From: Octopus bimaculoides | Lineage: Eukaryota | Length of the DNA stretch: 36,331 nt | Direction of reading: 5' to 3' | Assembly (NCBI RefSeq): GCF_001194135.2 | Contig: NC_068991.1 | Location: 27,460,849-27,497,179, forward strand | Part shown: positions 11,770 through 23,080 of the stretch, piece after piece | Layout of the letters: each line of letters begins with the position of its first letter | Numbering within the stretch: position 1 is the first letter of the stretch | Notes under the pieces: generated by a model | The model's database searches: none | The model's input: only the letters and a program-made list of their open reading frames with translations | Told to the model about the DNA's origin: nothing | Position numbers and translations under genes: made by a program

Positions 11770-12420
11770 GAGTACAGGACGTCAAAAAATATGGACAAAA
11801 CAGGAACGGGAACATAATCAAAGCACAAAAAAACGGACTTTTTTACGGACAAGAGACTGAACACATAGGAAAACAGACAAGCCACTTATGGAACTTTTCC
11901 TTCATCAGCTGCCTCTATTCTAAACTAGGCGTTTCGAAGATGAGGCAGAACGCACTCTTAGAATAGCTCTTCCCGCGAAGTGGATTAACCTGCTTAGCGG
12001 AGGATTCCAAAGTAGCAAACAAAAACCAAGACAGGAAAAATTAAACAGTGAAAACAACTTTAAGGGCCGTTAAGCCGAACGCGTTGAGATACTGAACGCT
12101 GTGATGTGACGAAATTGAGCGGAGAGACATAGTAGTTCGTCTTGCCTTTATGTAGAGGGAAGAAAAGGGAGGAAGTGGAACAAAGGTGAGCGACGAGAGA
12201 CAGGGAGGAGGTAATATAAATATAGTCAATTCAAACATGAACAAGCAAGAAAAAACAGGAATAAACACGAAAAAACAACAACACGTGGACGTGGAATAAG
12301 TAGTGTTATTGGACGCTCGCGAAAGGAAAGAAAAGAAAGAGGACTACACGTTTCGAGCGGAGCTCTTCATCAGAAGTATAGGAAAAGTCCAAAGGAGGGA
12401 AGACGGAGAAAGAAAATCGC
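11770..12420 (-). mobile_element. Probable Penelope-like element 3'/pseudo-LTR-derived repeat carrying hammerhead-like motifs
   Basis: Pyrimidine-rich minus strand with two CTGATGAAG and two CGAAACG motifs, as in PLE termini. No clear protein motif. Confidence 0.45.
12341..12377 (-). ncRNA. Degenerate minimal type-I hammerhead ribozyme motif
   Basis: Minus strand: acuu-CUGAUGA-A-GAGC(ucc)GCUC-GAAAC-GUG-uagu. Core and stem II are intact; the cleavage triplet and first stem-I pair are non-canonical. Confidence 0.5.
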
Positions 12421-12456
12421 CAACGATGCACACGCAGTCATACACACACACATATA

Positions 12457-12487
<31 letters not shown>

Positions 12488-13493
12488 TATTTTGTTTAAA
12501 AGAGTTTCAACACTGTCTGTTTTTTATGTTTTATTTATATTCCTGCAGAACCAATGTGGGGTATAGAATATGGAATATACAANNNNNNNNNNNNNNNNNN
12601 NNNNNNNNNNNNNNNNNNNNNNNNNNNNNNNNNNNNNNNNNNNNNNNNNNNNNNNNNNNNNNNNNNNNNNNNNNNNNNNNNNNNNNNNNNNNNNNNNNNN
12701 NNNNNNNNNNNNNNNNNNNNNNNNNNNNNNNNNNNNNNNNNNNNNNNNNNNNNNNNNNNNNNNNNNNNNNNNNNNNNNNNNNNNNNNNNNNNNNNNNNNN
12801 NNNNNNNNNNNNNNNNNNNNNNNNNNNNNNNNNNNNNNNNNNNNNNNNNNNNNNNNNNNNNNNNNNNNNNNNNNNNNNNNNNNNNNNNNNNNNNNNNNNN
12901 NNNNNNNNNNNNNNNNNNNNNNNNNNNNNNNNNNNNNNNNNNNNNNNNNNNNNNNNNNNNNNNNNNNNNNNNNNNNNNNNNNNNNNNNNNNNNNNNNNNN
13001 NNNNNNNNNNNNNNNNNNNNNNNNNNNNNNNNNNNNNNNNNNNNNNNNNNNNNNNNNNNNNNNNNNNNNNNNNNNNNNNNNNNNNNNNNNNNNNNNNNNN
13101 NNNNNNNNNNNNNNNNNNNNNNNNNNNNNNNNNNNNNNNNNNNNNNNNNNNNNNNNNNNNNNNNNNNNNNNNNNNNNNNNNNNNNNNNNNNNNNNNNNNN
13201 NNNNNNNNNNNNNNNNNNNNNNNNNNNNNNNNNNNNNNNNNNNNNNNNNNNNNNNNNNNNNNNNNNNNNNNNNNNNNNNNNNNNNNNNNNNNNNNNNNNN
13301 NNNNNNNNNNNNNNNNNNNNNNNNNNNNNNNNNNNNNNNNNNNNNNNNNNNNNNNNNNNNNNNNNNNNNNNNNNNNNNNNNNNNNNNNNNNNNNNNNNNN
13401 NNTAATCGTGTCATGCGGACATTTATTGTGGTTTTAGAGTCAGGTTTTGACTGCTATTTTTTTAGCGTGGTGGTATCTCTTGATACCCTGTAT

Positions 13494-13532
<39 letters not shown>

Positions 13533-13559
13533 TATCTTTTACGTGTTTCAACTATTTGA

Positions 13560-13725
13560 CTGCTGCCATACTGGGGCATCTGCTTGAAGAGATTTACTCA
13601 AACAAATGGAACCCAGGTCTTATATTTTTTACATTGGTACATTCAATGGTTTTCTTTTGCCGAACCCCTAAATTAGGGAGACGTAAACAGACCAACACTG
13701 GTTTCCAAGCGTAAGATGGGGTCAA
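13560..13725 (-). mobile_element. SINE family B 3' fragment
   Basis: Reverse complement is homologous to 27000-27187 (cttttgccgaac..., agcaccgtcttgaaag-like segment). Confidence 0.75.
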
Positions 13726-14657
13726 ACACAGACCTAAAGACACACATAGATAGGCATATACATATATATAGAATCGACGGGCACTTGTTAAAATTTTGAT
13801 GAACACTTAGGTAGCTTCACTACCTACAATAAATAAATAAATATGCTTCACTTTATGTATTGGGTTCTATTTCTCCTGCTTGAAATAGAAAAAGAGAGAA
13901 TGAGAGAGTATACGTCAGTATCTCTCAATATCTCATCAACATGCGTGTGTAAAGCAGAGTGCGTACGGAAATGTCTACATAAGGCATAGAATTGCATCTC
14001 ACTAAAACGTAATATACGGCGAGCAAAGGAAATGCTATAATACAACAAATATCAAATTATTTTTTTTTTTGCCGCGAACCGAAACGAAAATGGGGTTTCA
14101 ATAATTGCATTATAAATTGAATTATACGCCAAACATCACGCATATGTCTAGTGCAGTATGTATGTGTGTGTGTGCGTGTGTGTGAGCGCGTGTGTGTGTA
14201 TACGTGTGTGTGTGTGTGTCCATATACGTGTACGTGTGTGTATATGGATGTATGTGTGTATGTGCAAGTATATAGATAAATACATATATGCACGCATAGG
14301 GTGTATAATTTATATATNNNNNNNNNNNNNNNNNNNNNNNNNNNNNNNNNNNNNNNNNNNNNNNNNNNNNNNNNNNNNNNNNNNNNNNNNNNNNNNNNNN
14401 NNNNNNNNNNNNNNNNNNNNNNNNNNNNNNNNNNNNNNNNNNNNNNNNNNNNNNNNNNNNNNNNNNNNNNNNNNNNNNNNNNNNNNNNNNNNNNNNNNNN
14501 NNNNNNNNNNNNNNNNNNNNNNNNNNNNNNNNNNNNNNNNNNNNNNNNNNNNNNNNNNNNNNNNNNNNNNNNNNNNNNNNNNNNNNNNNNNNNNNNNNNN
14601 NNNNNNNNNNNNNNNNNNNNNNNNNNNNNNNNNNNNNNNNNNNNNNNNNNNNNNNNN

Positions 14658-14723
<66 letters not shown>

Positions 14724-15084
14724 TACATACATATGTGTTTGTGCACTACGCTCATGTGTATATATATACATGCACGCATGTCTGTATCCATGCTTATATA
14801 TACATGCTTATATATACATCCATATAGAGGTTTGGAAACATACATATCCGTGCATAACTCCATAAATACACACACATATTAATTTTCCCGGTCTTTCAGA
14901 TAATTCCAATTCTCTCGAACTATGTTGTGAATATATTAGTACATCTTAACACTTCATCATAATACTGAAGTGGTAAGAACAATGAACAAAACAGTATAAA
15001 TTTCCAATGTCTTCATCACTATTTCTGAGATGCCTACAGAAATATTTAGATGTCGTTTGTGTATAGAGAGAACAGTTTAATTAC

Positions 15085-15131
<47 letters not shown>

Positions 15132-15476
15132 CGCGTGTGTACGCGTGTGTGTGAGTGTGTGCTTTTGTGTGTGCGTGCGTGTGTGTGTGTGTGCATGTGT
15201 GTACGTATGTATACATACGCATATCTATATATATGTATGTATATATATGTGTGTATATATTTATATACCTGTATATGTATATAAATAGATACATACACAT
15301 ATATATACATATATATAATATGATGCAAAATAATGCATGTGTGTATTTGAAATGTGTGTGTGTGTGTGTGTGTATTTGTGTGCTTGCATTTTATTTAGTC
15401 ACTATAGTGACTCCAACAAAAGTAGCTAGGGAAAGTGTACCAAAATTAATAATGTAGAGTAGTTAATAATGGCAAA

Positions 15477-15690
15477 TAAGGCGGCGTGCTGGCAGAATCA
15501 TCGTCACACCGGGCAAAATGCTTAATGGACTTTCATCCGACTTTATATTCTGATTTCAAATTCTGCCGAGGTCGACTTTGTCTTTCATTCTTTTAGTGTT
15601 GATGAAATAAATACCAGTTGAACACGGGCCAATATAATCAACTGACAATCCTCACCCGAAATTGCTGGCCTTTTGCCAAAATTTGAAATC
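15477..15690 (-). mobile_element. SINE family A
   Basis: 'aaattctgccgaggtcgactttgtctttcattc' is the reverse complement of the family A core. Confidence 0.85.
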
Positions 15691-16133
15691 AATGTTAATA
15701 ATGAAGAATGGTTGAGCAATACTGTTACAGATATCATTATTGCTGATACCACGTAGTAGATGTGTGGATCGATGGACGAACGGACGAACGGGGGTCGGAC
15801 GGATAGACGAAGAGAAGTGAACTTTTCCGACCAACTTTAGGAATTTAACTCTATTCAGCAGTACATACCTCAAGAAGATTATGTCAAATGCACCAGCAAA
15901 TATATATCTATGGTTGTGTGTGTGGTGCTGTGTATTCTTATGTATATACGTGTACGCGCACATATGGATCTTCGTACTCTTTCGGACTCAATCTTCATGG
16001 ATCTCACTGGCTATCTTCGTCGAAGTAAATCGCTCTAATCTACCAGGACTTTTGAACTTTCTGAACTTGCGGAACTTTTAAACTCCTCATCCCCCATGTT
16101 AGACCACTGAAGTTTGCATATAATCAATGGAGA

Positions 16134-16193
16134 GCTCCTTACATACTGAATAACAGCATGTGTTTCCATGCTGTTATTCAGTATGTAAGGAGC
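16134..16193. other. Perfect 27-bp inverted repeat with 6-nt loop
   Basis: gctccttacatactgaataacagcatg-tgtttc-catgctgttattcagtatgtaaggagc. Confidence 0.98.
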
Positions 16194-16479
16194 ACTGCAT
16201 CCATTAGGATGTAAGTGAATATATATGAATATACGTCAGTTTTTTTCCTGAAGAGGTTTTTACCTTTTAAATTCATTATGCAATTTTAATTGTAAAATAT
16301 GAATGAAGGTGGGAATTGAAACGTGCGTAGGCGACAAGGAGTTGACTGCGTTCATACTCTTCATTTTCTTTATGTTATGTGTGTGTGTGTATACTTCTAA
16401 ATTAATTCTATTGAATTTTAATGGGCACTTTACTTTAAGATGTTGCCATGAATTTAGAAAGACATTGAGATAGCTCAAT

Positions 16480-17370
16480 TATTAATTATAATTTTTAATT
16501 ATTATATTATAAGGTTAATTCCTTTAATTATTATAAGGTGTTTCATAAAATGTGTAATAAATAGATATTTAATTATTTTATTCTGTTATGTCTGGGGAGA
16601 GTCATTCTCTTTTAGTGCCTTATAATTTAACATACTCACCTGTGAGTGTGTTAAATTGTAAGGCACTAAAAGAGAATGACTCTTCCTAGACACGAAAGAA
16701 TATGCTTCAGCACACGAACTCACATAAAGAATCTTGAAAACCAAATCCAAACACGAAATAATTATTTTGTTATTTTTATACTTTAGTTATCCAGCGAAGT
16801 CATCAATAATTATATATACTATTAATTATATTTTTCAATTATTATAAAATAAAGTTAATTCCTATAAAAGGGCTTAATATGATAAATAAATAGGAATTTA
16901 ATTATATGTGTTCTTTTTTCTTTAGTTATCCAGTGAAGTCATCAATATTTATACATATTATTAATTATAATAATTTTTCATTTATTATATATTAATGTTA
17001 ACTCCTATAAAAGTGTTTAATATATTAAATAAATAAACAATTATTGCGACGTAAAGTATCAAAGTTTCTATTAAGTATTACGGAGAAGTGATATTTGAAG
17101 TTTTTATTCTTTAGTAATCTATAAAGCACAACGTAAAATTCTTTTCTGTAGTTTTTATTTTTTAGTTATGCAGCGACGTCATCAATAATTGTATATCAAA
17201 ATATTCCTTTTTTGAGTCACATTTTTAGGTTATATTTTTCGAGCATTTTGTTTAGATTATTTTTCTATGTAGATTTCAAATTGTCGAAAAATATAGAATA
17301 TAGAATTAGTATGATATTTTCTATTTTTTATTTTTATAACGTAGGTTAGTTATTCAATGACGTCGTTATT
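16480..17370 (+). repeat. Degenerate AT-rich ~140-bp tandem repeat array
   Basis: Anchor 'ttagttatccagcgaagtcatcaata' at 16783, 16922, 17162 and (decayed) 17346; the 'aaggttaattcct' half-unit also occurs near 16510. Confidence 0.75.
16589..16692. repeat. 104-bp near-perfect palindrome
   Basis: Arms 16589-16639 and 16642-16692 differ at 4 positions. Confidence 0.97.
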
Positions 17371-17544
17371 GGTTGAATGAATGAATGCCTTAAGTTCAAT
17401 TTGATTTAGGCGTTCCTTATTATTAGCGTTTTTAACAGCTTCAATTTTTTCAGATGTTCAGTTGGAATTCTACCAATTTGGATAACCTTGATAATGTTGT
17501 GTTGACATATATTTTCGGAGATGATAATACTCTCTCTATATATA

Positions 17545-18735
17545 TCAGGTCATCCCATAAGTTCTGTCCGAATTTTGAATAAAGAAAACAAGTGATCAAA
17601 TGTTATATCTAATTGAAATTTAATTATCAATGTACTTTCCCTGATTATCTATGACTTCCATTTATTTACAAGCTTTTTAATCCTATCAATGTAAAACTCT
17701 TTTGGTTTCAAAGCAAAGAACTATGAANNNNNNNNNNNNNNNNNNNNNNNNNNNNNNNNNNNNNNNNNNNNNNNNNNNNNNNNNNNNNNNNNNNNNNNNN
17801 NNNNNNNNNNNNNNNNNNNNNNNNNNNNNNNNNNNNNNNNNNNNNNNNNNNNNNNNNNNNNNNNNNNNNNNNNNNNNNNNNNNNNNNNNNNNNNNNNNNN
17901 NNNNNNNNNNNNNNNNNNNNNNNNNNNNNNNNNNNNNNNNNNNNNNNNNNNNNNNNNNNNNNNNNNNNNNNNNNNNNNNNNNNNNNNNNNNNNNNNNNNN
18001 NNNNNNNNNNNNNNNNNNNNNNNNNNNNNNNNNNNNNNNNNNNNNNNNNNNNNNNNNNNNNNNNNNNNNNNNNNNNNNNNNNNNNNNNNNNNNNNNNNNN
18101 NNNNNNNNNNNNNNNNNNNNNNNNNNNNNNNNNNNNNNNNNNNNNNNNNNNNNNNNNNNNNNNNNNNNNNNNNNNNNNNNNNNNNNNNNNNNNNNNNNNN
18201 NNNNNNNNNNNNNNNNNNNNNNNNNNNNNNNNNNNNNNNNNNNNNNNNNNNNNNNNNNNNNNNNNNNNNNNNNNNNNNNNNNNNNNNNNNNNNNNNNNNN
18301 NNNNNNNNNNNNNNNNNNNNNNNNNNNNNNNNNNNNNNNNNNNNNNNNNNNNNNNNNNNNNNNNNNNNNNNNNNNNNNNNNNNNNNNNNNNNNNNNNNNN
18401 NNNNNNNNNNNNNNNNNNNNNNNNNNNNNNNNNNNNNNNNNNNNNNNNNNNNNNNNNNNNNNNNNNNNNNNNNNNNNNNNNNNNNNNNNNNNNNNNNNNN
18501 NNNNNNNNNNNNNNNNNNNNNNNNNNNNNNNNNNNNNNNNNNNNNNNNNNNNNNNNNNNNNNNNNNNNNNNNNNNNNNNNNNNNNTAATTCTGTTATTCT
18601 TCAAAATAATATTAGTTTAAATGTACACAAATGCATAAAAATAATTTTTAATTCCATTGGACATTCTAAAATACTATTAAATTTCATTAAATTTTTACAA
18701 ATGTAAAATCGGAGAGAACTTATGGGATGACCTTA
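17545..18735 (-). mobile_element. Mariner element with both TIRs, interior lost in an N gap
   Basis: TIRs tcaggtcatcccataagttctgtccgaattt and aaatcggagagaacttatgggatgacctta, each flanked by TA. Minus-strand C-terminus FFALKPKEFYIDRIKKLVNKW/VIDNQGKYIDN*. Span about 1.2 kb. Confidence 0.9.
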
Positions 18736-19597
18736 TATATATAGCAAATGAAAGACGTCAGATGGAATATACGAGAATTTATTATTAATCACGGCAATTG
18801 TTTTGACACATCTAGCATCGATTCCTCATGGGTGGGACACTCAACAACTGGTTCAGGAGTATCCGGTGGTACAGATGTTATCTCGTTGGGTGATAGATAA
18901 ATATATCTCATTAAAATGACTGTTCCGCAATATAACTTTCCGTTTTGTAGAAAGAAAATCAGCCAGACGGAGGAAATATCTTCATTTATATAGAAGATCA
19001 AGAATAAAGTCACTGATGGCAAAAAGAGAAACGAACTCGCAATCCAGCGAGAAAAGTATTAAAAATAACCGTTAACAAATATGGACGTATAAACGCCCTC
19101 GAGTAAACTGCATGGCGCGAGTACACTCCCTCATACAAGCATCCGCAAAAATGCGAGGATACGCACACGTGAGGGTTTGGTGCACTCATGATCACAAAGC
19201 GAGTTAGTTACCTACTTGGTGTTTATAAGAATGGGGAGGTTAAAAGTAAACTTAAGCCATCCATACCTTAAATCAAATTAAATCAAGTTAACGGTTACTC
19301 AAAATTCATTCTCGTTGCATTGTGAGAAAGTATATTTATATGCGTGTATGCGTACAGGATGGTGTAGTGACTAAAAGAATTGGAAACATGATGTATTTAA
19401 TAAGCAGCCAACGATGGGAGCATAAACGATACCTAAATCAATTAAAAACAGACATCGAGAATAAAGGAAGGAAATTCCACTGGAGGTGTTTTACGACATG
19501 TTCGATGTGCCAGCACCAAAACAGAAAACGTAAGCGGAAGCAGAATTTCAAAAGGAGGAGTTATTGGAAAGAATAAGAATATTATTATTATTATTAC

Positions 19598-19824
<227 letters not shown>

Positions 19825-20404
19825 AACACTGAACGAACTGGGTGTTTTCACGTCTTTTTACCATAAGAGAGATTATTTCTTCACGGTAACTGCAGTGTAT
19901 TTGCCTTTAGCATTTGAAATATGTGACAAACATATTTCAACTAACCTAAATATATGTCTAAATATATGTCTAAATATATGCTTGTATGTGTGTGCACACA
20001 GACAGATAAACAGACACAGACAGACAAACAGACTCAGACAGAAAAACAGACACAGACAGACAGTGACACACCAAGTGATAGATTGTGGGTTAAGCGTATA
20101 CATTAATAGATAGAAATAGGGAACCTTAACGAAGGGAAGAAGGCATGAAAAGGAGAGAGAGAGAATTGGAGCACAAGGTGAATGATAAGAAAAATATCAA
20201 CTTTGAAAATAACTGCAACGTTATGATAGCGCTGAGACAGATTTCCATTCAAAAGACAAAAAATATCTACTTTCCCATTAATCAGGCACAGATGTAAGAA
20301 CATAATATTTTCTTTTTTTGCCGCTTCGTCGTCTCCGTTTTCTTCTTACCGTTATTGTTCTCTTTAGGAATATTTTCCAATAAATATGACGATCAAAAGA
20401 ACAT

Positions 20405-20670
20405 GACCTTGTCTTAAAAAACTACTTAAAAATGGACGAATGAATCGTACAGAAGTTAAATGTCTACAAGTTGGTAATCTTCTTAGATTCCAGGCAAGAA
20501 AATAATCTTGCTATAATTCTTGAATCTGTTGTTTCTCACTAGTCTTTAAATCTTGCCTTATCTAGTCTTGTATCGTCTAGACTTTAACAATCTCTCGACA
20601 TATATCGATATACAGTTAGTAAATGTCACGTTAAACGAAATGGAATTCTTAACATCTTATGTTTTTGCAC
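20405..20670 (+). repeat. Unclassified dispersed repeat, copy 1
   Basis: Aligns with 26080-26337 at roughly 70-75%; shared 'tataattcttgaa(t/c)ctgttgtttctcact(a/g)gtcttt'. Confidence 0.85.
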
Positions 20671-20777
20671 TAACTGTCATTACAATTGCTAAATTTTACA
20701 ATAATATGCTAACAACAGAACCGGTAGAATTGCGTTCAAAATGTCTTGCTGCATTTGATTTAGCCACATTCTTTTAA

Positions 20778-20875
20778 GTACGGAGCTTAAATTCAGTTGG
20801 GGTAGGTTTTACCATTCGTTGTTCCTGGGTCAATAAAATAAAGTACAAGAGAACTACTGGCACTATGTAATCATA
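20778..20875 (-). mobile_element. SINE family A fragment (decayed)
   Basis: 'gggtcaataaaataaagtac' resembles the reverse complement of the family A core. Confidence 0.55.
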
Positions 20876-22529
20876 GTCTTTATGTAAGCTATAGTCTTTA
20901 GCCTAAGTCATAATTATGTTGCACGGTAGCAGCTGGCTGAATTGTTAGGGAAACAGAGAGAGGGNNNNNNNNNNNNNNNNNNNNNNNNNNNNNNNNNNNN
21001 NNNNNNNNNNNNNNNNNNNNNNNNNNNNNNNNNNNNNNNNNNNNNNNNNNNNNNNNNNNNNNNNNNNNNNNNNNNNNNNNNNNNNNNNNNNNNNNNNNNN
21101 NNNNNNNNNNNNNNNNNNNNNNNNNNNNNNNNNNNNNNNNNNNNNNNNNNNNNNNNNNNNNNNNNNNNNNNNNNNNNNNNNNNNNNNNNNNNNNNNNNNN
21201 NNNNNNNNNNNNNNNNNNNNNNNNNNNNNNNNNNNNNNNNNNNNNNNNNNNNNNNNNNNNNNNNNNNNNNNNNNNNNNNNNNNNNNNNNNNNNNNNNNNN
21301 NNNNNNNNNNNNNNNNNNNNNNNNNNNNNNNNNNNNNNNNNNNNNNNNNNNNNNNNNNNNNNNNNNNNNNNNNNNNNNNNNNNNNNNNNNNNNNNNNNNN
21401 NNNNNNNNNNNNNNNNNNNNNNNNNNNNNNNNNNNNNNNNNNNNNNNNNNNNNNNNNNNNNNNNNNNNNNNNNNNNNNNNNNNNNNNNNNNNNNNNNNNN
21501 NNNNNNNNNNNNNNNNNNNNNNNNNNNNNNNNNNNNNNNNNNNNNNNNNNNNNNNNNNNNNNNNNNNNNNNNNNNNNNNNNNNNNNNNNNNNNNNNNNNN
21601 NNNNNNNNNNNNNNNNNNNNNNNNNNNNNNNNNNNNNNNNNNNNNNNNNNNNNNNNNNNNNNNNNNNNNNNNNNNNNNNNNNNNNNNNNNNNNNNNNNNN
21701 NNNNNNNNNNNNNNNNNNNNNNNNNNNNNNNNNNNNNNNNNNNNNNNNNNNNNNNNNNNNNNNNNNNNNNNNNNNNNNNNNNNNNNNNNNNNNNNNNNNN
21801 NNNNNNNNNNNNNNNNNNNNNNNNNNNNNNNNNNNNNNNNNNNNNNNNNNNNNNNNNNNNNNNNNNNNNNNNNNNNNNNNNNNNNNNNNNNNNNNNNNNN
21901 NNNNNNNNNNNNNNNGGAAGAGAGGGAGAGAGTGGAAGAGAGGGAGAGAGGGGAAGAGAGAGAGAGAGCTACAGTGTGAAAGAAAGTCATCCTCCTTAAT
22001 GTTTTACATTCAAATTTCATTAAGGTCGACTTCACATTTTATTCTTCACTGTCAAGTAATTGAATAGATTTATTCGATTACACCACTGTAATGCGTTGCC
22101 TTGTGTTTATATTGGCTGTAGATATTAAACTTTTGAAACCGAGTGTTACAGAGCAGAATTGATTTAGATTCGGACAAAAATCTTTCGTTATTAGTAACAT
22201 TTCTCTGCATTCTGATTTCGAATTCCATGAAGCTTGAATTTATCTTCCATCCTCCTGAGATGAATTTAAATAAGTATGGAATTGATTTTGCTTATTGCAT
22301 TGCTATCCTTTGTCCTTTCGTGGATTATACCAAATGAATTAGTAATATAGTAAAATATTTAGTGTTACAGTTAAATAACTTGTCTGTTTTCAGATTTTAT
22401 GTAGTTTTTCATGCTAATTAAGATAACCACGACCGTGAATTTTTTGTGTGTGTGTGTGGTGGGGGGGTAAGGGGTGTTTATTTTTCTGTTTTTCTTTAGC
22501 AAAATTCATAAGGATTTCTGATTGCTAAT

Positions 22530-22727
22530 GACCAGCAATTTTGAAGGAATTCATTTAATCGACTCTGTCGATCCCAGTGCTTGACTAGTATTTTTTTTAT
22601 CTACTATAGAAAGTTCACAGGCAAAGGTGACCTCGGAATGAATTACATTCAAAACGTTAAGAATCGGAAGAAATGTCACAAGTTATTATTCCGACACGTG
22701 AACTATTCTGCCGGCTCACCGCCCTTT
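22530..22727 (+). mobile_element. SINE family A (decayed)
   Basis: 'gatcccagtgcttgactagtatt...ggcaaaggtgacctcggaatg...ttctgccggctcaccgccctt'. Confidence 0.7.
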
Positions 22728-23080
22728 TGGAAAAATTTAGGCAAAAACAACTAACTTTGACCCGAGAGGGTTAGTCGAAGTTCTGAAAATGAAAAACTTA
22801 ATGCAGAAGAAGCTAGTAATTTTGGAAGTAATATTTGGGATAAGCNNNNNNNNNNGCAAAGGTGACCTCGGAATGAATTACATTCAAAACGTTAAGAATC
22901 GGAAGAAATGTCACAAGTTATTATTCCGACACGTGAACTATTCTGCCGGCTCACCGCCCTTTTGGAAAAATTTAGGCAAAAACAACTAACTTTGACCCGA
23001 GAGGGTTAGTCGAAGTTCTGAAAATGAAAAACTTAATGCAGAAGAAGCTAGTAATTTTGGAAGTAATATTTGGGATAAGC
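22621..23080. other. 225-bp exact duplication across a 10-N gap (assembly artefact)
   Basis: 22621-22845 equals 22856-23080; Ns at 22846-22855. Confidence 0.9.

Noticed and set aside
14900-14972. Plus-strand exon with good ttcag and gtaaga signals
   Set aside because: Stop codons occur in all three frames.
19125-19190. Irregular hairpin (gagtacac/gtgcactc, ccctca/tgaggg, atcc/ggat)
   Set aside because: Short helices with large internal loops, within chance expectation.
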